64,000 nucleotides of DNA from an uncultured Eubacteriales bacterium (GCA_964545475.1 CAZJGG010000008.1:666-64665); one strand, 5' to 3'. Positions 8,687 to 19,228 are shown, counted from the first letter of the stretch. Program-made: numbers and translations. Notes: generated by a model not told the origin, from the letters alone.

Positions 8687-10138
8687 TTATTGCGTAACCT
8701 TAGCAATATCTTTAGCAAACTGTTTTTTTTCATCAAGGTTGGACTGTCTTGCAATCATAATTCTTTGGGCCTGAGGAGAACCAGCTCCGTGCATTGATTC
8801 CGTTTTGTAGCCGACAGCCGCTGTGCCTAAAGTTAAGTTTTCAATAAGCCTTAAAATTCTCATTCTTTGCCCTGCGGATACTCCGTTTGCGCCTTTTAAG
8901 TATTTTTCAAGATAATGGGCGATTTCTTCGTTTTTAAAGTCTTTTTCAGAAGGTGCAGTTACGAAGAGCCCACCGGCAATGTCTTCCGCAAGACGGGCGA
9001 TTTCGTAAGGGTAGCGGGTTACGTTTTGTTTGCAGACGTTAGCCAAAAGCAAATCGATTATGTAATTGCCGGAAGCGGTTTTAGAGCCTTGGCAAGAACA
9101 GCCTATGCCGCAAGCGTATAAAGTTTCATTAAGGTGTGTCATTTCAATAATTTTATCTTTAACGTGGCTTGCCTTTGAAACTCCGCTGTAATCAGCCGCA
9201 ACAGCTGTTGCGCCGATTAATACATCACCAACGCCCACTTTACAACCACCGTAGCTCTGTCTGTGGTAGCCGGCGAATCTTTCAACCATCATTCCGGCAA
9301 ATTCAGTTTCGCCGTTTAAGAAAATTCTTTCGTTGGGAACAAAAACATTGTCGAAAATAACAACTGCTTCCATGCCGCCGAACTCGCTGTTGCCAACGTC
9401 AATTTCAGAACATTCAAGTTTTCTTGTGTCGCAGGATTGTCTTCCTACTATTATAATAATACCTTTTGTATCTACAGGAACTGCAAAAGATACGGCGTAG
9501 TCTTTATCTTCCGGTGTAAGAGAAATTGTAGGCATAACTAAAACTTCATGAGAGTTGCAAATGCCTGTTTGGTGAACTTTTGCGCCGTTAACTACGATAC
9601 CATCTTCACGTCTTTCAACGATTCTTAAAAACAAATCCGGGTCAGCCTGTTTGTGAGGAGGAAGCCCTCTGTCGCCTTTAGGGTCTGTCATTGCGCCGTC
9701 TACTGTTAAGTCGTTTTTCTGAACGTTCTTCATAAATTCATTAAATCTTTCGTGATACTTTGTGCCTTTAGCCTGGTCAACCTCATAAGTAGTGCTGAAA
9801 ACGGAGTTAAAAGCATCAAGACCTACACATCTTTGAAAGCAAGAACCAGTTTTTTGCCCAAGCATACGTTGCATTTTAACTTTGTTAACTAAATCTTCAG
9901 TGCTGTGGTGAATATGGGTAAAGCGGTTAATTTTTTCCCCTGTGTAATGGGAACTAACAACCATTAAATCCTGATATTCCGGGTTGTGTGCAAGGCAGTA
10001 AGTGAGCCTAACGGAATTTAAAGATGGCATAAGTATTGGGCTTTCCGTTGGGTTGCTAATTTTTTCCCCCATTAAGTACATATTAAAATTTATCTTTTTA
10101 ATACTTTCAATATATTGCTCGCCTGTCATTAAAGGCAT
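8687..10138 (-). CDS. abfD: 4-hydroxybutyryl-CoA dehydratase / vinylacetyl-CoA delta-isomerase
   Basis: AAGGAG lies 7 nt before ATG 10138. The protein is colinear with Clostridium aminobutyricum AbfD (MTGEQYIESI, KVKMQRMLGQKTGSCFQRCVGLDAFN, MTDPKGDRGL, ERFAGYHRQSYGGCKVGVGD, HGAGSPQAQRIMIARQ). Confidence 0.9.
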   Translation of the reverse strand: MPLMTGEQYIESIKKINFNMYLMGEKISNPTESPILMPSLNSVRLTYCLAHNPEYQDLMVVSSHYTGEKINRFTHIHHSTEDLVNKVKMQRMLGQKTGSCFQRCVGLDAFNSVFSTTYEVDQAKGTKYHERFNEFMKNVQKNDLTVDGAMTDPKGDRGLPPHKQADPDLFLRIVERREDGIVVNGAKVHQTGICNSHEVLVMPTISLTPEDKDYAVSFAVPVDTKGIIIIVGRQSCDTRKLECSEIDVGNSEFGGMEAVVIFDNVFVPNERIFLNGETEFAGMMVERFAGYHRQSYGGCKVGVGDVLIGATAVAADYSGVSKASHVKDKIIEMTHLNETLYACGIGCSCQGSKTASGNYIIDLLLANVCKQNVTRYPYEIARLAEDIAGGLFVTAPSEKDFKNEEIAHYLEKYLKGANGVSAGQRMRILRLIENLTLGTAAVGYKTESMHGAGSPQAQRIMIARQSNLDEKKQFAKDIAKVTQ

Positions 10139-10159
10139 AAAAACATCTCCTTTAGGCAT

Positions 10160-11416
10160 TTACGCCATTTTTCCCCAGTTTTCAATAATTTCCGGGATAA
10201 CTTTATAAAGGTCTTCAACGATTCCATAGTCTGCAATTTCAAATATCGGTGCGCCGGAATCTTTGTTTATTGCTATAATTATGTCCGAATTTTGCATTCC
10301 GGCCATATGCTGGATTGCGCCGGATATACCGCAGGCAAAATAAATTTTAGGTTTAACAGTTGTGCCTGTTTGGCCAACTTGGTGGGTATGGTCTATCCAG
10401 CCGGCATCAACAGCCGCCCTTGATGATCCTACAACGCCGCCGACTTTTTCTGCAAGCTTTTTAATAAGCTCAAAACCGTCAGCGTTTCCAAGCCCACGTC
10501 CGCCGGAGCATATAATTTCAGCATCGCAAAGAGAAACAATCTCTTTAGCCGCTTTAACAATTTCAAGAACTTGGGTTCTTAAAGCAGACTCTTCTATCTC
10601 AACGCTAAAGTCAACAACTTTGCCTTTGCGGCTTTCGTCTTTAACAAGCTTATCCATAACCCCCGGGCGAACCGTAGCCATTTGAGGGCGTCTTTTCGGG
10701 CAGATGATTGTCGCCATTATGTTGCCGCCAAAAGCAGGGCGAGTTTGCTTTAAGTTAACGTCTTTGCTTGATACGTCTATGCTTGATGTATCAAGAGTTG
10801 TATTTTTATTTAAGTATTCTACATAATTTTTAGTGTTAACATCAAGCCTTGTGCAGTCCGCAGTAAGACCAGTGTCTAACCTTGCGGCAACTCTTGGAGC
10901 TAAATCTCTGCCAATATGAGTTGCGCCGAAAAGCACGATTTCCGGCTTAAACTCTTTAATTGCACCGGTTAATGCTATTGTATAACCGTCTGTAGTATAG
11001 TTTTCAAGAAGCGGATTTTCAATTTTGTAAACTACATCTGCTCCGTAAGCATAAAGTTCATCAACTAAATGCCCTATGTTATTTCCGATTAACACAGCGC
11101 AAACGTTTCTTTCACCGATTTCTTTAGCAAGCTTAGAGCCTTCGCCTAAAAGCTCAATGGAAACGTTCATAAGCTTTCCGGCTCTTTGCTCTGCAAATAT
11201 CCAAACGTCTTTGTATTCGGATAAATCTGCAGCACCCTCGCTGGATTCGGTTTTTTCAATAGCATTAAACGGACAAGCCGGAATACATTGGGAGCAAGCT
11301 GTGCATTTTTCATTAATAACCGCAAGCTTATTAACCATATCAATTGCTTCAAACGGGCAGGCTTTAACACAAAGCCCGCAACCTTTACATTTATCGTTTA
11401 TTATATTTATCGCCAC
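10160..11416 (-). CDS. etfA: Electron transfer flavoprotein alpha subunit with an N-terminal 2x[4Fe-4S] ferredoxin domain
   Basis: It has a GTG start with a GGGGGG RBS. The N-terminus carries two CxxCxxCxxxCP motifs ([24 protein letters not shown]), followed by an EtfA/FixB core (GGRG..., [14 protein letters not shown]). Confidence 0.88.
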   Translation of the reverse strand: MAINIINDKCKGCGLCVKACPFEAIDMVNKLAVINEKCTACSQCIPACPFNAIEKTESSEGAADLSEYKDVWIFAEQRAGKLMNVSIELLGEGSKLAKEIGERNVCAVLIGNNIGHLVDELYAYGADVVYKIENPLLENYTTDGYTIALTGAIKEFKPEIVLFGATHIGRDLAPRVAARLDTGLTADCTRLDVNTKNYVEYLNKNTTLDTSSIDVSSKDVNLKQTRPAFGGNIMATIICPKRRPQMATVRPGVMDKLVKDESRKGKVVDFSVEIEESALRTQVLEIVKAAKEIVSLCDAEIICSGGRGLGNADGFELIKKLAEKVGGVVGSSRAAVDAGWIDHTHQVGQTGTTVKPKIYFACGISGAIQHMAGMQNSDIIIAINKDSGAPIFEIADYGIVEDLYKVIPEIIENWGKMA

Positions 11417-11427
11417 GTCTGTCCCCC

Positions 11428-12219
11428 CTATTCAATAATGTGCTTTTCGTGAAGTTTTGCTAAAAGCGTTTTTGCGGCTTCCTCAGGCGTGTCGCATTCA
11501 AGCATAATGCCTTTGCCTTTCGGCTGAGGCGTAAAAGAACGGAAAACATTTGTTGGCGAGGCTTCAAGACCAACAGTTGATAAATCAATTTTAAGCTCTT
11601 TTGCCCCCCAAATAGGAATGTTTGCGCTTACTGCGGAATAAATGCCGCTTATGTTCATATATCTTGGGGTGTTAAGCTCTTTTATAGCTGTTAAAAGGCA
11701 TGGGGTTTGAAGTTTAATAACCTCATAACCATCTTCTAAAGCCCGTTTAACAGTTATTTCTTTACCATTAATTTCAAATTCTTTAACATATGTAACCTGT
11801 GGAATATCAAGTTTTTCCGCAAGCTGTGGCCCTACTTGTGCTGTATCACCGTCAATGGCTTGACGTCCTGCAAAAATTATGTCGTAATCGCCGATTTTTT
11901 TAACAGCCGCTGCTAAAGCGTTGGAAGTCGCCCATGTGTCTGAACCACCAAGGGCTCTGTCAGAAACTAAAACACCTTCGTCTGCGCCCATTGCAAGACA
12001 TTCTATAAGTAAGTCTTTTGCTTGTGGAGGACCCATAGTTATAACTGTTATATGGGTTTCCGGGTATTTATCTTTTATTTTTAAAGCTTCTTCCAAAGCG
12101 TTTGCATCGTCATGGTTTAAAATACTTGGAACACCTTCACGAATTAAAGTGTTTTTAACCGGGTCGATTCTAACCTCGTTTGTGTCTGGAACTTGCTTTG
12201 CGCAAATTATAATTTTCAT
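11428..12219 (-). CDS. etfB: Electron transfer flavoprotein beta subunit
   Basis: [13 protein letters not shown]...VRIDP and [16 protein letters not shown] are typical of EtfB. A GGAGGAGG RBS precedes it. Confidence 0.9.
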   Translation of the reverse strand: MKIIICAKQVPDTNEVRIDPVKNTLIREGVPSILNHDDANALEEALKIKDKYPETHITVITMGPPQAKDLLIECLAMGADEGVLVSDRALGGSDTWATSNALAAAVKKIGDYDIIFAGRQAIDGDTAQVGPQLAEKLDIPQVTYVKEFEINGKEITVKRALEDGYEVIKLQTPCLLTAIKELNTPRYMNISGIYSAVSANIPIWGAKELKIDLSTVGLEASPTNVFRSFTPQPKGKGIMLECDTPEEAAKTLLAKLHEKHIIE

Positions 12220-12242
12220 GTTTTTCCTCCTCCCATATGGAA

Positions 12243-13382
12243 TTATTTGAAAACGTCGCCTGAAATAACCATTTTCATTACTTCGGAAGTACCTTCGTAA
12301 ATTTCAGTTATTTTTGCATCTCGCATCATGCGCTCTACAGGGTAGTCCTTAATATAACCGTAACCGCCGTGGAATTGAACAGCTTTCGTTGTAACATGCA
12401 TTGCGGTTTCGGAACAGAAAAGTTTTGCCTGTGCCGCTTCTACAGAGCTTGGAAGCCCTTTTTGCCGTCTGTCACAAGCTCTGTATAATAAAAGTTTTGC
12501 CGCATCTATTCTGTTTTTCATATCAGCCATTTCAAATTGAAGATACTGATTTTTTGAAAGTGGTTTGCCAAATTGCTTTCTTGATTTTAAATATTCAACG
12601 GTACAGTCAAAAGCGCCTTCGGCAATGCCTAAAGCTTGCGCCGCAATGCCAAGCCTGCCTACGTCAAGGGCAGACATTGCAATTTTAAAACCTTGACCTA
12701 ATTTGCCAAGCAAGTTTTCTTTAGGTACTTTTACGTTTTGAAATAAAAGTTCCGCCGCAATAGAACCGCGAATACCCATTTTGTTTTCTTTTTTAGGGAA
12801 AGTAAAACCTTCCATGCTTTTTTCAACTATAAATGCGCTTACGCCTTTAATTCCCTTTGATTTATCTGTCATAGCAAGGATTACGTAAGTTTCCGCTATG
12901 CCGCCGCCGGAAATAAATATTTTAGAGCCGTTTAAAAGGTAATGGTCGCCCATGTCTACCGCTCTTGTTTGAATGCCTGCCGCATCGCTTCCTGCGTTAG
13001 GCTCTGTTAGCCCAAAAGCACCAAGCTTTTTGCCTGTTAATAAATCCGGTAAATACTTTTTACGCTGTTCTTCCGTTCCGAAAGTATAAATCGGCCATGA
13101 GCAAAGAGCTACGTGGGTTTGCAAAATAACACCTGTTGCTCCGCAAACTTTTGAAATTTCCTCAATCGCCATAATATAGGCTATGTAATCTGCTCCGGCT
13201 CCGCCGTATTCTTTTGGAAGCGGCATACCCATAATTCCAAGCTTGCCGCATTGTTCTATAGTTTCCTTAGGAAATCTTGCCTGTTCGTCTATTTCAGCCG
13301 CAATGGGCGCAATTTGTTCCGCCGCAAATTTCCGTACCATTTTTTGTACAAATTCTTGCTCTTTTGTTATACTAAAATCCAT
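12243..13382 (-). CDS. bcd: Acyl-CoA dehydrogenase (butyryl-CoA dehydrogenase-like)
   Basis: The 379-aa protein has GLTEPNAGSDA and QFHGGYGY..DYPVERMMRDAKITEIYEGTSE motifs and lies adjacent to etfBA. Confidence 0.85.
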   Translation of the reverse strand: MDFSITKEQEFVQKMVRKFAAEQIAPIAAEIDEQARFPKETIEQCGKLGIMGMPLPKEYGGAGADYIAYIMAIEEISKVCGATGVILQTHVALCSWPIYTFGTEEQRKKYLPDLLTGKKLGAFGLTEPNAGSDAAGIQTRAVDMGDHYLLNGSKIFISGGGIAETYVILAMTDKSKGIKGVSAFIVEKSMEGFTFPKKENKMGIRGSIAAELLFQNVKVPKENLLGKLGQGFKIAMSALDVGRLGIAAQALGIAEGAFDCTVEYLKSRKQFGKPLSKNQYLQFEMADMKNRIDAAKLLLYRACDRRQKGLPSSVEAAQAKLFCSETAMHVTTKAVQFHGGYGYIKDYPVERMMRDAKITEIYEGTSEVMKMVISGDVFK

Positions 13383-13409
13383 TTAAAAACCTCCCTTGCT
13401 TATTTAATT

Positions 13410-14135
13410 TTACAGCCTTGTGCCGCCTGCAACGGAAAGCACATGACCGTTAACATAGCTTGAATCGTCGCTTGCAAGGAACAATACGCATTTTGCCACT
13501 TCCTCGGGTTTGCCAAGCCTGCCTAAAGGACATTTCTTACGAAGTGTATCAAGTATTTTTTCAGGAACTGAAAGAACCATTTCCGTTTCAATATAACCCG
13601 GAGCAACTGCGTTTGTTCTGATGTTTGCGCCTTTTCTTGTAAATTCTTTAGCCCATGTATATGTCATGCCGATAAGCCCTGCTTTAGTTGCGGCATAATT
13701 AGTTTGCCCAATGTTTCCGTATTCACCAATAAGAGAAGAAACGTTAACAATGTTGCCTTCGCCTTGTTCAAGCATAATAGGGGAGACAGCTTTTGTCATA
13801 AAGAAAACGCCTTTTAAATTTATATTAAGAACATAATCCCAGTCTTCTTCGCTCATTTTGCCTAAAATTGCATCTTTTATAACGCCGGCATTGTTAACTA
13901 AAACGTCGATTCTGCCGCTTTCTGCCTTAACTTGTTCAACAAAAGCGTTAACATTCTCGCCTTTTGTAACATCAGTTTTAATGTGTTTGTAATTGGGGTG
14001 TTCAAAAGTAGCTTCGCTTCTTGCGCAGGAATATACCATCTTTGCGCCTTCATTTAAAAACAATTCTGCAATAGCTTTTCCGATGCCTTTGTTGCCTCCG
14101 GTTACTATACAAACTTTTCCTTTTAACCTTTCCAT
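13410..14135 (-). CDS. Short-chain dehydrogenase/reductase (FabG-like)
   Basis: It has TGGNKGIG, NNAG and YAATKAG motifs and an AGGAGGT RBS. It is the first gene of the minus-strand operon. Confidence 0.85.
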   Translation of the reverse strand: MERLKGKVCIVTGGNKGIGKAIAELFLNEGAKMVYSCARSEATFEHPNYKHIKTDVTKGENVNAFVEQVKAESGRIDVLVNNAGVIKDAILGKMSEEDWDYVLNINLKGVFFMTKAVSPIMLEQGEGNIVNVSSLIGEYGNIGQTNYAATKAGLIGMTYTWAKEFTRKGANIRTNAVAPGYIETEMVLSVPEKILDTLRKKCPLGRLGKPEEVAKCVLFLASDDSSYVNGHVLSVAGGTRL

Positions 14136-14300
14136 GATAAAACCTCCTATATTTAATGGTATTTTAAATTTAATAATAATAATGTATTACATACGTATTC
14201 GATTTAATAAAAAGCCCAAATATCAGCATTTTGCAAAAATAAGGTGTTGTATTTTTTGTCCTATTTTGATACAATGATAAAAAACTTAGCGAGGTTCTTT

Positions 14301-15347
14301 ATGAGTGACAAAAAGTATGATAAGTCATTGTTAACCGGCAAAAAAAACGTTACGTCAAGAGATGTTGCAAAAGTTGCCGGTGTATCCCAGTCTACAGTTT
14401 CAAGAGCTCTTAACCCTAACAGCATTTTGTCGGACAAAACAAGGGAGAACGTTTTAAGCGTTATGAAAGAGCTTAATTATAAACCAAATGCCATTGCCAG
14501 AAGCCTAACAGCCCAAAAAACTAATATAATAGGCATTGTTATGGTACGGTCTGTACCTTTTTATAATGATGTTTTGAGCGAATTTACAAGAAGGCTGCAA
14601 AACATGAACAAGCAAATTCTTTTATTTAGCTGCGAGGAAGACCAGGACATAGACGATATTTTGTCTAATGTATTGCAGTACCGTGTAGACGGGCTGATTA
14701 TTGCCTCAGCAAGCCTTTCTTCCAAAATGGCAGACGAATGCGAGCAAAGCGGCACACCTGTAATCCTTTTTAACCGTTATGTTCCCAATTCCTGCGCAAG
14801 CGCTGTTTGTTGCGATAACGTAGAGGGCGGGAGAATCGCCGCAAATTTTTTACTTGACGGCGGTCATAAGCGTTTAGCTTATATCTCCGGCACTGAAAAC
14901 GCTTCCACAAATAAAGACCGCAAAAAAGGATTTATTGACAGATTGTCTGAACGAGGCATAAACCATGTTATTGTGGAGCGTGGTACATTTACATACGACA
15001 GCGGCGCAGAAGCAACAAGACGGTTACTAAAAAGTGCTGATAGACCTGATGCAATTTTTTGCGCCGACGACACAATGGCTCTTGGCGCAATGGACGTTGC
15101 AAGGCACGAATTTGGGCTTAAAATCCCTGAGGATTTGTCAATTATAGGCTTTGACGATATACAAATGGCTTCATGGCAATCCTATAATTTAACAACAGTA
15201 CGCCAACCTATGGCACGTATGTGCAATACAACTATTGAACTTTTACTTGCCCATATGAACAATGAATATCAGCAGTCAATATTACGTCTTCTTGATGTTA
15301 ACCTTATCCAAAGAGGGTCTGCCCGTTTGCCGGAAAATAAATATTAA
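14301..15347 (+). CDS. LacI family transcriptional regulator
   Basis: It has an N-terminal HTH (VTSRDVAKVAGVSQSTVSRALN) and a PBP-like effector domain. It is divergent from the SDR-bcd operon. Confidence 0.88.
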   Translation: MSDKKYDKSLLTGKKNVTSRDVAKVAGVSQSTVSRALNPNSILSDKTRENVLSVMKELNYKPNAIARSLTAQKTNIIGIVMVRSVPFYNDVLSEFTRRLQNMNKQILLFSCEEDQDIDDILSNVLQYRVDGLIIASASLSSKMADECEQSGTPVILFNRYVPNSCASAVCCDNVEGGRIAANFLLDGGHKRLAYISGTENASTNKDRKKGFIDRLSERGINHVIVERGTFTYDSGAEATRRLLKSADRPDAIFCADDTMALGAMDVARHEFGLKIPEDLSIIGFDDIQMASWQSYNLTTVRQPMARMCNTTIELLLAHMNNEYQQSILRLLDVNLIQRGSARLPENKY

Positions 15348-15360
15348 TCTTTAGCTTATT

Positions 15361-15390
15361 GGCGGTGTTTGCATAAACACCGCCTTTTTT
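15361..15390. terminator. Bidirectional terminator between the LacI gene and the convergent operon
   Basis: A GGCGGTGTTT-gcat-AAACACCGCC stem is followed by TTTTTT. Confidence 0.8.
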
Positions 15391-15396
15391 GCTGGA

Positions 15397-16515
15397 CTAA
15401 TTTTCTGTCTCGCAGTCTTCGCATACGCTCTCATAACATTGTTGCTGGCTGTATACTTGCACAAGCAAATCAAGGGCATCAAATGTAACCCATTCTTCTT
15501 TAATTTTATTATCTAAAACAGTAAAATGACTTATACCTAACACATCAACCGGTTTGCCGGAGGGCTTACCAAAAAAGCCTATACCCTCATGAAGCCCTGT
15601 CAAACGCCAGCGAACTGCTACGTCGTAGCTGTTTTCCTCGCTTCTGTCGTTTATCGTAATCCGTTCGATTCTGTACGAACCGTTGGGAATTGAGGCGAAA
15701 AAGCTTATAAGCATACCTTGAATTTGGATGTGTCCATTTAATTCTTGGTTGCAAATATAATGAACAGTTGCGTTTTCATGGTAATATTCGCAAACCATAT
15801 CAAACATCTTACAGCAATAAATATTTTTAATTATTTCAACCATGCGTTCGCCGACAGAGCTGTCTTTTGCTTTGTAGGTTTCCGGGAAAAGTTGACCTTT
15901 TGTGCTTTCGCCCAAAGATTTTATACAGGATTCTGTTAAAACGGGGCGTTTAGCCGCCATTTTCATGGCAACTTCATGGGGGCAAAGCCCGAGCTGTTTA
16001 ACAATCCACATATTGTCCCGAACAAGCCATTCTTCGTAAATACGGTTGTTTTTACCGGCGCAGTCTGCAAATGTACGGAATTCAACTTTTTTAAAAGTTG
16101 CATCACCGAAACTACTGTCTCCTAAATTAGTCGCCGTAGAATAAACACGGTGAGAAGAATAATAACCCTCGCCGCCGTCAGAAGACCAAATAACGTTTTG
16201 GGCTATAAGCTTTCTATCCGGAAAAGCAAACAGCGTTTGTAGAGTTCCGGCGATTACTCCTTGAATTCCGGTTGTAGTGCTGGAGGATGAATGTATTAAA
16301 ATATTATTGTGATAAGTTTTATAAATTAAGCCGATTGACCTTTCCTCCCATATTTTGTGGGTAATTTTAATAATGTAGTCCACATAATCAAGGTATTCGC
16401 TGTCAAAACCTTTAAAGTCCTGACTTCTTTCGGTATGTTTTATATATTCGTTGTAATCGTCACCGTTTACTGGGTTTACTTCGCTGTTTGCTCCGTAAAA
16501 TATAATATTTTCCAA
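15397..16515 (-). CDS. Tandem SnoaL/NTF2-like (ester-cyclase-like) two-domain protein of unknown function
   Basis: It has a TTG start 6 nt after AGGAGG. Two ~150-aa halves each show the SnoaL-like pattern (..IW..R........Y.......H.......G / EEW...D). The C-terminal tail is Cys-rich and acidic (CYESVCEDCETEN). Confidence 0.6.
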   Translation of the reverse strand: MENIIFYGANSEVNPVNGDDYNEYIKHTERSQDFKGFDSEYLDYVDYIIKITHKIWEERSIGLIYKTYHNNILIHSSSSTTTGIQGVIAGTLQTLFAFPDRKLIAQNVIWSSDGGEGYYSSHRVYSTATNLGDSSFGDATFKKVEFRTFADCAGKNNRIYEEWLVRDNMWIVKQLGLCPHEVAMKMAAKRPVLTESCIKSLGESTKGQLFPETYKAKDSSVGERMVEIIKNIYCCKMFDMVCEYYHENATVHYICNQELNGHIQIQGMLISFFASIPNGSYRIERITINDRSEENSYDVAVRWRLTGLHEGIGFFGKPSGKPVDVLGISHFTVLDNKIKEEWVTFDALDLLVQVYSQQQCYESVCEDCETEN

Positions 16516-16528
16516 AATGTGCCTCCTG

Positions 16529-17569
16529 TTAAGGTATTAATAATATTTTAATTCTGCATTCTTTTTTTTCTTCCATTAATTTAACAACATCTTCAAATTT
16601 TTCAAGGGGAAACCGGTGTGTAATCAGCGGTTTAACATTAAGCTTTCCAGATGAAATCATTGAAATAATGGGCTTAAAGCAGTTAGGGCTTGCTAAAACT
16701 CCGCAAAGCTCAGCATCTTTTGTTATTACAGTGTTAATTATAGCCGGCATTTCCGTACCAGAATAAAAGCTTAAAAGGGCGATTCTGCCTTGTGGGCGTA
16801 TTGCCTGAATTGCTTGGTTAAAAGCAATGTTATTGCCGGAAGTTTCAATAATTTTATCAACTCCGACACCACCTGTTTCGTTTCTTATAACTTCAACAAC
16901 GTCATTACGTTTATAATTATAAACAACGTCTGCACCGGTTTGTTTTGCAATTTCAAGCTTTTCGTCCCAGCTACCAACAGAAATTACTTTAGAAGCGCCG
17001 GAAAGTTTTGCACACTGAACTGCTAATAATCCTATAGGTCCATCGCCAATTACTGCAACAGTGTCACCGAATTTAACGTTTGCCCGTTTTACACCGTAAT
17101 ATGCAGTTGCGGCAGGCTCAATTAAAGCCCCGTCTTCAAAACCTATATTATCAGGCAGTTTATAAACATGTCTATAGGGAATTGTTAAATATTCGGCAAA
17201 TGCGCCGTCTTTGTTGCGGTAACTTCCTATTACAACTCTGTTGGGGCAAAGGTTGTAATGTCCTTCACGGCAAGTTTGGCAGCATCCGCAGCCAATTGAA
17301 ACATCCCCGGTAACACGTTCCCCAACAGTAAAACCCTTAACAAATTCGCCTACGGCTTCGATTACTCCTGTCCATTCGTGCCCCGGAATTAAGGGGAATT
17401 TTGTAAAGCCATTTTTAATATGAGGCATTTCTCCGCTTAAAAGCTCTAAATCTGTTGCACAAACGCCAACAGCCATAATTTTAACTAAAATATCATTTGG
17501 GCCGGGCACCGGCTTTGCAACTTCGGAAACCTCAATTTTGTAAGGCTCCATAAATCGTATTGCTTTCAA
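16529..17569 (-). CDS. Zinc-dependent medium-chain alcohol / sugar-alcohol dehydrogenase
   Basis: It has a TTG start after AGGAGGG. Motifs are GVCATDLE, GHEWTG, the structural-Zn site CGCCQTCREGHYNLC, and the Rossmann motif GDGPIG. Confidence 0.85.
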   Translation of the reverse strand: MKAIRFMEPYKIEVSEVAKPVPGPNDILVKIMAVGVCATDLELLSGEMPHIKNGFTKFPLIPGHEWTGVIEAVGEFVKGFTVGERVTGDVSIGCGCCQTCREGHYNLCPNRVVIGSYRNKDGAFAEYLTIPYRHVYKLPDNIGFEDGALIEPAATAYYGVKRANVKFGDTVAVIGDGPIGLLAVQCAKLSGASKVISVGSWDEKLEIAKQTGADVVYNYKRNDVVEVIRNETGGVGVDKIIETSGNNIAFNQAIQAIRPQGRIALLSFYSGTEMPAIINTVITKDAELCGVLASPNCFKPIISMISSGKLNVKPLITHRFPLEKFEDVVKLMEEKKECRIKILLIP

Positions 17570-17571
17570 AT

Positions 17572-18360
17572 CTAACCCTCCTGTTTATTATATAATATCA
17601 TTTCAGCCGTTCGCATCATTATTACTTTGCATTCAGGGCATTTTTCTTCCATTTCTTTTTTAAACGCCTGTGGGTCTCCCCCGTGCTCTGCAAAAGTGTA
17701 GAAATGGCAAGGTATAACTGCTTTTGCTCCGCAAAACAGAGCAAGTTCTGCCCCCTCCGCCGAATTTAAATTACCAAACGCCCCGTTAATTGACAAAATT
17801 GCAATATCAGGCTTTGCTTCTTTAACTTCTTCCCATTTTTCAAGCCTTAGAGCTGTATCGCCGGAAACATATATACAATTTTCATCAATTTCAATTAACA
17901 GCCCTACAGCATCTGGCGCAAGCTGCCCATGGTCTGCATATACAGCCGTTACTTTAACGCCGAAATGGGTAACGCTTTTTTCCGGTTCAAGCAAGGCTAA
18001 ATTTTTTTCTTCCCCTTTAATCTCTTTCAGAAGTTCATAACAAGTTTTATTAGCCAGAAACATTGTTTCAGGGCTATTTTTTATAATTATAGGAATTGCA
18101 TCATTATCAAAATGGTCAAAATGGTGATGAGTTGTTATATAAATATCTGCTTTTAAATCTTCCGGTGTTATAAATATAGGGGAAATGCGCTTAAAGCCTT
18201 TTATTCTGTTGCCGTAGTCCGTTAAATAAAGGTCTATGGCAACTACTGTTCCGTCACTGGATTTAATTAAGAAACCAGCTTGCCCCACCCACAGAATTAA
18301 AAGTTCTCCTTTATTTAAAACTTTGTTATAAAAATTTTCAAGGCATTTATTATCTTGCAT
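17572..18360 (-). CDS. MBL-fold metallo-hydrolase (UlaG-like lactonase family)
   Basis: It has an ITTHHHFDHFD metal motif and a WVGQAGFLIK N-terminus. Confidence 0.75.
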   Translation of the reverse strand: MQDNKCLENFYNKVLNKGELLILWVGQAGFLIKSSDGTVVAIDLYLTDYGNRIKGFKRISPIFITPEDLKADIYITTHHHFDHFDNDAIPIIIKNSPETMFLANKTCYELLKEIKGEEKNLALLEPEKSVTHFGVKVTAVYADHGQLAPDAVGLLIEIDENCIYVSGDTALRLEKWEEVKEAKPDIAILSINGAFGNLNSAEGAELALFCGAKAVIPCHFYTFAEHGGDPQAFKKEMEEKCPECKVIMMRTAEMILYNKQEG

Positions 18361-18380
18361 ATATATTACTTCTTTCGTTT

Positions 18381-19223
18381 TTAATATAGAGCGTTTTCAA
18401 GGTCTAAATATCTTTCGTCAAATTGAACTCTGTATTCTTTTTCGCTTCCGGCAAGCCCCCAGAACAAATAAGCTTCGCACCCAGGAAGGGCAAAAGAGGT
18501 GTGGAAGCCTTTTGGAAGCGCAATTGCTCCGTTATCGTCTTCAACGGCGTACATTTCGTCCCAGCGGTTGCCGTTTTCATCATAATCATAACTTAACTGA
18601 ATAGCAGCACCGCCTGATAAACCTCTTACACGCATAGAAAAAATTTCATCAAGAGGAAATTCCTTTTCAGTAACAATATCATGTCTGTGAGCCGGAAAGC
18701 CTATCCAGCCGCCGGGAACGGAAACGGATTCGCCGACAATAAGCCTTTGTGTAATATCTCCGTTATTTTTGCCTTTTGGTGCAAAAATCGAGCGATATTT
18801 GCGTTTCCATTGTTTTGCCCCCGGTTCTGTTTCAATAACCTTTGATGGCGGACAGAAGAATGGTGCATTGCCGCCATTGGCATCGCAGTGGAAAATTCTT
18901 GCGTGCATACCGTTTACAGTATTAATTTTCATTGAAGCTCCGGCTGGAATGTAAACAGCTGTAGGCATATCATCAAATACACAAGTTCTTGTGCCGGAAA
19001 TGCCGTCTAAAATCTTTTCTCCGTTTGCGTAAACTTCCCCTGTAAAATCGCCGGATTGAAGAACTAAAACGGATTCTTGCCCGGGGATTTCAAAATTGTA
19101 GGAAGCGCCTTTGTTAAGCCATAGAACTGAAAAATTAAGGATTTCAAGCCCTGCTTTTTTATAATCAATTATTTGCTGAAAGCCCTCTTTTTCTTCAAAT
19201 TTGTAAAAGCTTGAATAAGCCAT
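18381..19223 (-). CDS. IolB-family cupin (5-deoxy-glucuronate isomerase-like)
   Basis: The C-terminal half resembles B. subtilis IolB (GGWIGFPAHRHD versus GNWSSYPPHKHD, and the LPKGFHTS region). Confidence 0.6.
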   Translation of the reverse strand: MAYSSFYKFEEKEGFQQIIDYKKAGLEILNFSVLWLNKGASYNFEIPGQESVLVLQSGDFTGEVYANGEKILDGISGTRTCVFDDMPTAVYIPAGASMKINTVNGMHARIFHCDANGGNAPFFCPPSKVIETEPGAKQWKRKYRSIFAPKGKNNGDITQRLIVGESVSVPGGWIGFPAHRHDIVTEKEFPLDEIFSMRVRGLSGGAAIQLSYDYDENGNRWDEMYAVEDDNGAIALPKGFHTSFALPGCEAYLFWGLAGSEKEYRVQFDERYLDLENALY

Positions 19224-19228
19224 ATGTA

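Noticed and set aside
14191-14198. The ATACGTAT palindrome in the LacI / SDR-bcd divergent region was considered as a LacI-family operator.
   Set aside because: Only the central 8 bp are symmetric, and the flanks do not extend to the 14-20 bp typical of LacI/CcpA operators. In an AT-rich spacer this could easily arise by chance.
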